Positions 54,742 through 64,000 of a stretch of DNA of 64,000 nucleotides are shown here, piece after piece (the stretch's first letter is position 1; every line of letters begins with the position of its first letter). The position numbers were made by a program, and so were the translations under genes. The notes beneath the pieces were generated by a model, which was given only the letters and a program-made list of their open reading frames with translations, had not been told where the DNA came from and did not search any database. The DNA is from Phoronis australis. Its lineage: Eukaryota > Animalia > Phoronida. The DNA lies in the NCBI GenBank assembly GCA_002633005.1, contig NMRA01000300.1, positions 160,022-224,021 of the forward strand, given 5' to 3'.

Positions 54742-55081
54742 GTCTGTGTAAAATTTTTAAATGTTTTCGAACAGTTTCATCATATTTTGTCGCATCTCGG
54801 TTGCCGAGCATAGCAACAACCGGAGAATCTTCAGGCAGCCAGGCTATGTTTTCATGACTACGGGCTGAAACATGATGCATTTTTCTTCCCAAAAAGGGCA
54901 AGGCCCTCAATCCCTCGATTTTGGGGCTTTGTTCCTTCTCAAAAATATTGAAAAATTACACGAAACTCTCCCCACAGCGACTAGGCCTAAAAAATGAAAA
55001 TTTCTCTTCGAAGTCCAAATCACCTAACCACACAGGTGACAATTTGAAAGAGCACTAAATGCTAGTTTAGACAGTATGCCA

Positions 55082-58000
55082 TAGTCCATTCGCCTCTAGG
55101 AAGCCTAGAAAATCACTTCCGTGGCCACTTTTTGGGGGCAAAATCATTTTGGTGTTTTTAAGGTCATTAAGTACCCTACTTTAGGTATCTAAAAAGTTCC
55201 CACGGTTTGATTTGCGAGAAATTTGACCTCAAAAATGTGACTTTTTGCATAATTTGGCACAGAAAACCATTTTTCAAAAACTGACAACACTAGACAAAAA
55301 CTGAATGACAATTTGACTGGGATTTGTTCATTTGAAGTTACTGAACAAGAAAAGTGATATATACTGTATTATGATATTAGGTGGAAAATTGCTCAAAAAG
55401 AGAAAAATAATATTTAAGCAGCACCTCCTGTTGGCCAGAAAACATACTATTATATATCTGCCAAAAAACAAATACTATAAAAAATTTGGACGGAACGTGA
55501 TGAATATTTGATATCACAACCTACATATGAACAATATAGATTCCCAACACTTCTGCAACAACTTCACTGTCATCACTTTCATTAATTGTCACAATTAATT
55601 ATCATTATCCACATTGCTGTTCACTGTCAACAGTCACAGAAAACGACACCCAACAGTCCCCACAGTCACCACCATGATTAAATGTTGTCAATATTTTCCA
55701 TTAGGTTGAAAATTTAAAGCTCTTTAACAACATAGCGTACACTTATTATGTTTCTTCATCCAATCCATCATCATTTATATCATCAAAAGTTGTTTATTGA
55801 CTAAGACACCGTGTTCACAAAGTCTGGAGAGTCACACAACTTAGAACATGGCATGACTGACTTCAAACAAGAGCACATTTTTTCTACAACCACTTCTTTT
55901 ACACTTGCCATTAACTTTTTCACGGCATTTTCTGGGGCTAAAGGCAGAGTCATCCAGTGGCGCTTCCGACTAACCTGCTCCAAAAGCCACCCATTACCAA
56001 CTGGAGATGGTGCACTGACATGCTGCTGCAAGGCTCGTTTTGAATGGCACACTGGTAGTTTGCTCTTTTAGCATGTAACAGCAAACAATCATGACGAGGA
56101 GGCAGATCACAGATTTCAACCTGAATATGTGGTAGCGTGCTTTGTTAACTGTTGATGACTCGCCGTACAGCCCAACTTTAACGGCAAAGAAAAAGTTTTA
56201 AAAATCTGTGCAAGCTTGCATCCTACCCAAAATAAAAAATTGACAACCTGAATACCGTTTCATCTAAACATCTTGTTACAGTAATTCTATTTAACTGAAA
56301 TAGATAACCAAAATGCTCTTCACTTTAGCACACCGTATGGCCAACAACTGAAATTTCATTTTGTCTAAGTGCTCAGCGAAAATAAGCATTAAGAGAAATG
56401 AGCATCATTACTAGCATTGATTGCACTGTGCAGCTGCCTTCAAACAATTTAAAACTTAGAAACATTTTTATCATCCTTAATACAGTAGTTCAGCCTTTGA
56501 AAATAGAGGAATGGTCATGTTGGCAATAGTTTTTGATTGAAATTGAAAAGCGTCTTCTTTGCCATAGAGCCAAAATTTCATTTGACTTCCTGTTTTAAAT
56601 AGCACATAATTGGATGAGTAAACATTTTCCTTCGCTAAAAACTCCAATTCAACAATCTTTTCAAATTGCGAGATACTGAAATCTGTGCAACATTTGAATT
56701 TTCAAGATAAATGAATTACAGAACACAGGCACTATTTCCATTTTTATATGTCTCAAATTCCAAGCACTGCTCATGATTTTACATAAAAGGGTCTCAAAAT
56801 AGGCTTACAAATTCATAAAAAGCAGTGCTGACCACTGACATGTACATGTAGGTAAAAACTACTGCCAGTACATTTGAGATTGAGATGACTATTACTACAA
56901 ATTTATCAAGCAAAACATTTTTTGTAAGTGTGACCTAAACTAAAGATTATTTACCATAAATGACATCTTAAGAATAGGTAGGCCTACTTACATTTGAATG
57001 TTTAGATCTGGGATAGGTTTTCAGCTTTTCTTTTGTTTGTGAAGTTCCCCTGTGATGAAATTTCATTTGTGGCAAATGGTTCATTGTGGTGGCAAGACAT
57101 ACGGTATATTTCACTGTTAAATGTACATGTAATTGACATTCACAATCTCTTTAATTTTCTCGTGGACTCAACATTATTTCCATCATCAGCTTGGTCTCTT
57201 CTTCTTTTTTAAGAGCTCTTTCAATCAATTTTTGTTATATCTGTTAAGTGTCTGTAACACGGCTTGTGATAGAAGCATGCGCTCACCAAGCCCAAAAATG
57301 GAGGGCTCCAGTTTTTAAGAATGTGTACATTTATTAAGATTCACGGGGTACTTCAGAGGTACAAATTGTGCGTTCGCCGAATTTTGGTAGTTCCTGCCTT
57401 TTTAGTGAACTTTTGTCTCGTTTTTTAATGTTTCGGAGTTTTATTGTTTCTGTGAGGCTGACCTTTTTACACACTTTACCAAATGGGGGAGCTAGTTCAA
57501 GCCCCCGAGCCCCCCACCCCCACCCCTTGGTGGGTGCATGACAAGAGCTGTTTTTTCACAAAAATTTAAAAACTTATCAGCAATGATACACTTGCACTCA
57601 ATGGTGATACGTTTGTTTGCAATAGCCCAGGTAATATCTGAAAATTCCAGCTCAGAAATTTGAGCAGAATCTTACACATGAATGCTACAAAGGGCAGACA
57701 TCTTGCCAGTCTATTGTGAACTCGCACACTCGTTCAATAATTCATGGTTTAAGCAGAGTCCTAGCTGTCCCAAAACTGTTCTTTGCGAAACACAAAATGA
57801 TTCATGAAATAAATGTGCCAAGAATTGTTTCATAACGATGACACTCGTGGCCACTTGATTTGGCTTTCCTCAATTCCTAACTGCTGCCTGCTGGTTTTTG
57901 AGCCTTGGTCCTTGATAATTTCCTATTACTTGCACACCCATCCAAGAATTGATACTATCCAATGTAGTCAGTAGTAGTAAACAAGCTAGCCAAGCCTGTA

Positions 58001-58320
58001 GGATAACATCAGCTGACTGTCCTCTGATGAATGTTTTCATGCCAAGCAGACGAATTTTGAAGGGGAAAGGTATGGACACAATATTTTTCTTGCATTTGAT
58101 TGGTTGTTTGGATCATTTTGCACTGACACCTGATGGCAAACACATTAGTTGAGGTTATATTTTTCCAACTTCTAAATTAAAATTCTAACTAAACGTGCAA
58201 GTGTATTCTTGAGAACTTTTTTGAAATTGACTTTTGAACATCTGTAGATGGGTTTAATGCAAAGCTCCCGTTGACCCCAGAAAGTGGCCACGGAGGTGAA
58301 ATATAGGAGAGCTGGGACTA
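55082..58320 (-). mobile_element. Academ (AcademX)-like DNA transposon, internally deleted
   Basis: Termini TAGTCC...GGACTA with the imperfect TIR block TCAC(T/C)TCCGTGGCCACTTT(T/C)TGGGG. C-terminal remnant LPPRHDCLLLH...RALQQH..PSPVGNGW...WMTLPLAPE...CSCLK..MPCSKLC (Cys8 finger, 55801-56110). N-terminal remnant FYHKPCYRHLTDITKID (about 57225-57275). Confidence 0.65.
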
Positions 58321-59628
58321 TGGCCTACAGAGCCTATGAGAGCTTGCAACAGTGCGGGGGTGCTACCTTATGATGATCGGGAGGTAGATTTTCCCCTCTC
58401 TCGTCAAAAAATTCCCCGTCCCCCTCAGAAGGTACAGGCACCTCATTTTCCCCTCGGATGAACGAGGCCCCAGAAGAAACATGATAACTATGCTTGCTCT
58501 GTCCGGTTAACTGAAATTGAGCTCTAAAACGATAATAGGCTTTGGACGAACGAATTAGGTGTTTTAATATGAAAATTCAAATTGGTCCAGATTGATATAA
58601 CCTAACACATGAAATACAGTGTAGATGTAAGAATTACTGAAACCAACTGAAGAAAGCAGAATTGATAGTCAAATAATATTTTCAATTACGAGCCTAGTTA
58701 TTTATTTTGATAAAAATATATTTAATAACATCAATTATTCTTTCAGATCAATAACAAATCAACTGTTAGTCCCGGTAGTCCCTACCTCACCAGGACCTAC
58801 GTGTAGTCTATGCTTGATCAACAAATTTAACCAGATGTGACTAATTGCACATCACAGCAAAATGTGGTGAGCCACCACTGTCGAATATATCTTCAACTCG
58901 TCAACAATACGAGATGACCTGCTTCTTGTAGAAAGTATTATCAACTATTTACAAGAAGAAATGCATCCCTGAATTCACCACAATACCTTATCCGTAATAC
59001 TACGATCGCCGCAATTGGGTCATATTTACTTTTTGTGTTTCAAACCTAGTTTTCCGAAAAAAAACTATACCCTTTCGTCAGACAACTCTTTGGTTCATTG
59101 ACTTGTTCTCTAATATATTTTTCTACGTCTCTGTTGTTAATTATCGACACATTTTTAAGTTTTAATATCCAGGTTGGACTCGAAAGACAGGCCTTTTAAC
59201 TCACGCAATGTCAACTTTCGCTTTGTTTATCGCAGTGAGCCTCGCTTTGGATTTTAATGTCCGCCGCATGAATTAGGTCTAGATGTATTTATTTTTACTC
59301 TGCACTACTTTGTGATTTGCCCATGTAATATCAAAAATTACGTACTCAATATTATTAATCAGTCGTGTCGTAACACATTCCAGGTCATGTGACAAGGCAT
59401 ATAATCTGAAAGTTTCATAAATATCCGGTCAGCCATTTGTGAAATATGGTGTTCCAAAGTTGGTCCAATTTTGACATTTTTCAAGGATCCTACTGAACAA
59501 GTGACTTGCAAGCCTGTTACAGACTGAGTTCGTTGTCTTTTTAAAGTATAACTTTTAATTTCTTATGAACATGTGACTATACTAAATATTTTCTCTCTAC
59601 ATTGAAAATGTGGTTTGCCTAGTTTCAG

Positions 59629-60446
59629 GTGAAGACACACGAGGAGAAATACTTAGCTACCAGGTGGCGCAAGTGCCAAGGTATTTCCATCAAGTTCAGT
59701 TGGTTCTCATGTTTCGACATCATAGTCGACACTGTTTGGGTGAACTGGTTATCAATATGTTCACCTCGACAGAAGAGAACGGGAAGAAATCCAGGTTAGG
59801 GGAGTGTCGCACAAGACCCCCGTTTCGTTCTTGTTTGGTTTGCGACTTTGTAGGCAGCGTCAACCGATTTGTGCACCTCAGTGGAAATGGCGGAAACAGG
59901 TGTCATTTACGCAAGCTTCTGTACACCAGTAACGACGCCATGAAAGGTCCTGCTTTATTCTTCTTCTCAGAATTTAAAGAAGAGGAGTATGAGGTGCTGA
60001 AAGAACTGATAACAAAACGGCTGGAGAATGCCGATCTTCGACGTTTCCGACCGAAAGCTATCAGCACTGGCTCCCGCAAAAGACATTTACGTCAAGATAA
60101 AGACACGGCTGCCATCGGAAAATGCCAACACGTGATCTGGGAGATTGATTTGATGAGTATGGGTTTGGAGACCTATATTCTATATCCAAAGTCCTACAAG
60201 GCCAACTTCTGTTCTGGCGAATGTGCATACCCCATGACCGCTCCACTTTTGAACACGACGAAGCACGCTTTTGTGAAAGGAGTGTACAAGGCGTACCACG
60301 GGCTTCATAAAACCCAGGATATTCCAGCGGCACGGTGTTCGCCGTTGGAATATAAACCGATTACCGTGATAACAAGAGATAACGCTGGTTTTCACTGCTT
60401 GAAAAGGCTCGTGGACATGGTTGTCACGCAGTGCGGTTGTGCTTGA
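59629..60446 (+). CDS. Exon 2 of divergent TGF-beta/BMP-superfamily ligand (prodomain arm, RKRHLR cleavage site, mature cystine knot)
   Basis: Acceptor tttcag|GT in phase 1 (alternative cctag| at 59623, same phase). Mature domain CQHVIWEIDLMSMGLETYILYPKSYKANFCSGECAYPM...NTTKHA...IPAARCSP...DMVVTQCGCA*. Open frame of 818 nt. Confidence 0.93.
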
Positions 60447-61576
60447 TAGCAGATTTGCCGTGTGAATGCAACGGTAAATGGAACAAATTTAAAGGGAGCC
60501 GTGTTTTCTTCTTGTAGGCTCAGTTTCTGGCGTTTTTTCTTTTTTTCTTTATTCTCCCTCAGACATGCTTCAATGTTGGCGAACCGCTTTGTGCAAAGAT
60601 TGAAAACAGAAGGAGAGATGTGTTTGCGGACACAGAATACATTCAGTCCTCTATGAATGACGTCACCTAGAGAAAAAAGTAAATGTAAAATTATTTATCG
60701 TTCATTCCGATACGATTCCAATCAATTTATACTGGAGCAGAAAAGAATCCGTCGTCTTCAATTCAAATTGTGCGATACGTATAGGCCGTGTATATTGTAT
60801 AACTCGCTGTTCGTTACATGTATTACATCTATGTATATTGTATATTGCATGCAAGTCGTCACACCATTGTAAGCAAGGGTGAAATTATACTGACCTTATG
60901 TCAAACGAAGTTTTTATTTTAGAGAATTTGAGTCCAAACATTTTCGACGGTAGCCTGCATGACTGTAAGAGACTAAAAAATTAATGTGTTTCGCAGACTC
61001 AAGACACTTGCCGCGAGAAAACCTAGTGTGATCACATGCCTCGCTTGTAATGCATGGGGCTATCTTGCGCGAGTTGCTTGCGTCTGGGGAACAAAATCCA
61101 GGAAGGTGAGCATCCTGGTTGCATCGTTCTAGTGCAAATGAGGAATTCACTGCTCAAAGACTTCAGTCATCGCCGGACCGTCTAAAGCGAAATCCGGGCT
61201 TCGCCGACACTGTTGTGAGACAAATTCTAAACTTTGCGTGAGATTTTGTGGCAGGTTGTCCATCAATTATAAGTTATAATTGTGTTTAATTGGTGTTGCA
61301 GACTTCTGATGATCTGATACTATTACATCCGTTGCATTGTCTTTCGGCCACAAACACCACCACGTGGAAAGTATTTCCGCATTGTTACACTGACACTTAA
61401 TGTCTCAAATTCAAAATATTGCACATGAAAAGGCAAAGCGTTCGCGCCTGATTGAGGGCTCCGAATCCGAATCGAGCACACTGGATATCAGTTAAAGCAC
61501 GCTTAACATAAATCTCACAGAAATGGCGCACAAATTTCACATTAAGTTATATGTGTCAATGAGTATCAGAAACATA

Positions 61577-62190
61577 CTACCCATGAATTCGCCAGCGTAG
61601 TCTATGTGGAGTTTCTGCCATGGCTTGGAAGGAAATTCCCACCTCGCTTGGCATACGAGCCTGACATCCTTGGCAAGATTTTTCTAAAGTTTCCATCGCG
61701 TGGTCAATGCCCGGACACCAGACATAAGAGCAAACGAGCGATTTCATCTTCGCTACCCCCAAGTGACCAACATGCAACTCAGTCCTCCAACAACTGTTCA
61801 CAAAAAACTGGGGATCAATAACTCGGATTCCCCAAATGAGACATCCTAGCCAGAGCATTTAGAAGGCTATAGATTGGTGCGAGGGCAGAGTCACTGTTTT
61901 TGGACCATTCCCTCGTGACAGCGTCTTACACCAGCTCTTTTCAATTCGTACAGTTTCCTGATGGATCTTCGAGATCCGTATCGGTGACGTTTTTTAAAAC
62001 TTAAAAGTTGTTTCATCATGCACACATGAGCGAAATCGGTTTCGTCGGTAGTTTCCTGTCGTAGTGCTAGGATAAGCTGTCGGCGTTTCCCTGTAGTTTA
62101 CTTTCCGCAGACGTGCTGCTGTCGTAGCTGAAATGCCCCTTTTTAAGATCGAACATTGGCGGTAACTTGGTCGGATCGGTAACCATGTTA
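61577..62190 (-). mobile_element. Gypsy/Ty3 LTR-retrotransposon pol remnant (RNase H end and integrase zinc-binding domain)
   Basis: MVTD...KKGISATTAARL, GNADSLS, ELHVGHLGVAKMKSLVCSYVWCPGID...CQGCQ, PWQRLHIDYAGEFMG, with frameshifts. Confidence 0.85.
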
Positions 62191-64000
62191 TAGTGTCTAC
62201 CGTACAAATAACTCTGGCATTTCTTCACAGTCTAAGCGAGACTTAGATTTTCTTGTCCATTTACGAAGAGTTCTTTTCAGCGGCATTAAGCGAGCGTGGG
62301 GCAAACACTCTCGGCGGATCCGGTCCATCTTTCATGACATGCGAGAGAACAGAACCTATATCTTGCGGATTTCCATCATGCGCTAAACGCAGTGGCAACA
62401 AAGACGCTAACAAGACTATTCACCAAGGCCGCCGCCATTATTGTGTCATGGACCGTGGCGACACCTAGCGAGTGTGTGTGGGCCGACGAAGTACGCAAGG
62501 CATTCACTATGGCCGATCTTAGTTTGTCAAATTCAAAATTGTCAATGAAGTGTTTTTGTTTAAAATATTGAAAACAAAAAACACGAGCATTGTAATGGAA
62601 AAATACACATAGGCAAAATATAGAGTAAACCAAGAAAAAATTTGGGCAGCAAAGGTAATATAAATTACGAGAAATAAATCATAAGCAAGAGGGAGACTCA
62701 GTAATAAGAGCTGAGCAGATGAAAGTAGGTTATTGAAGAATGTGCATGTACCGAACCTGTAGGATTTTGTCCAGGGGGGTCAGGAATGTAATAAACATCA
62801 AATGGATCTGCTGAAGAAGAGATAGGAGCGGGGGGGGTGCCCCTCAACCAATTGAAAGGTTGGGGGCAGAGATAGCTTTCTTCCACCAATATTCCTGGTG
62901 TTAATATCAATTAATTAATAACAATTAATTATGTAAGCTTTTAACACACAAACTTTGTTTTAACATAAAATGGAGAAATTAGTAGATCTTTCTTTCAAAA
63001 ATTCACATCTTAAAGACGTTCTAGATTCAAGCAGTTGTGTCTGTGCCCATTTACATGAAACTGTCCCAAATATCGACCCAACAGGGTCATATCCAGGATT
63101 TTTTAAAGGGGGAGGGGGTCCGATAATGATTTTTTAAGAAATGTGGCCCAAGTCAACAATTTGAAAATTCTAGCATTGATATCACTACAATCAAGGAAAA
63201 TGGGGGGTCCAGACCCCTTTAACCTGCCACCCTGGCTCTGCCTGTACTCAACTGAGTTGGTAAATCTTTTAGGCATTTTTTTGTTCTTTGCTCACAGTTT
63301 TTATATTTTTCCATCATTTTATCTTTATTATATTATGAACTCCTCTTTTGACTTATGATGTTTTATAATAATATAACTAAAAACTGAGCTCTTAATTCAG
63401 TCAAAACACTTAGGGACTTAGTCCTTAAATTAGGTGCATTGCATGAAAAGATCCCTACTTATTTTCAATCATTGAGAATTCAACGTAGAAAACTCCCAAA
63501 AACGTAGTAGTTTTAGGCAACAGTGGAGTCTCTACTTGGATTCACTGGACCACAAGCATCCGTGCCCGATGGTATCTGAAATGGGTAGCACATTGGGGTG
63601 GGTTGTTGTGAATGAAACTGGAGGCAAGAGGGGTACGGGTTCCAAACCTGCAAGAGATGGAATTCCTGCCTGAAGTCCAGTAAACCTGCCTTGTATGCCC
63701 CCATAAAACAGCCAAGATGCCTAATGAATATGCAATCCATTTTGGATATTTTTTACTATGCTTTCCAGCTCTCATAAATCACTCACATTTTTAAATCAAC
63801 TATCAGCAGTTAGTTAAAGGCATATTCAGCCTGCGTTGGCAGGCCAACTTCATAGTAAATAACATAACGACGCCTTATTTCTTGACTTGATGTTTTAAAA
63901 CCCATGTCAAAACAAAAATCTAAACAAACAACATCGTCACTGAAGTGTAACAAGTTTCCAAGGTAATACACATACCACCGAAGTGTCCACAGATGTATGG

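Noticed and set aside
59610-59628. GTG start of a single-exon 278-aa TGF-beta ORF
   Set aside because: There is no ATG or signal peptide; these bases are the intron's acceptor region.
59629-60446. Assigning a gene symbol (nodal, bmp2/4, lefty, univin)
   Set aside because: The features are mixed. It keeps the helix that Lefty lacks and is too divergent to name without a phylogeny.
63513-63775. Minus-strand ORFs near the window end
   Set aside because: No recognisable motif or convincing acceptor; cannot be supported.

Overview
This is AT-rich, intron-containing animal genomic DNA, probably from a marine invertebrate (inferred from the transposon content). It has one N-gap (10181-10222) and no rRNA, CRISPR or operon structure. 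The main gene is a highly divergent TGF-beta/BMP-superfamily ligand with two exons that the ORF track shows as unrelated ORFs: exon 1 at 26182-26461 and exon 2 at 59629-60446. They are joined by a phase-1 intron of 33,167 bp and give a predicted 365-aa precursor. Its mature cystine knot lacks the interchain (dimerising) cysteine, gains an extra cysteine in finger 2, and has lost both conserved tryptophans, so it is a candidate non-covalent or antagonist-type ligand. The large intron is filled with nested mobile DNA: two inverted TTAA-flanked Kolobok-like elements, a spliced transposon-borne pseudogene, three THAP fragments, an Academ-like derivative, LINE remnants and MITEs. The left part holds a 46-bp satellite, a TSD-flanked L1/Tx1-type LINE with its RT deleted, and minus-strand Cys-rich exons (chitin-binding-like and Ly6/uPAR-like). 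Family assignments come from motif recognition by eye; no database searches were run.
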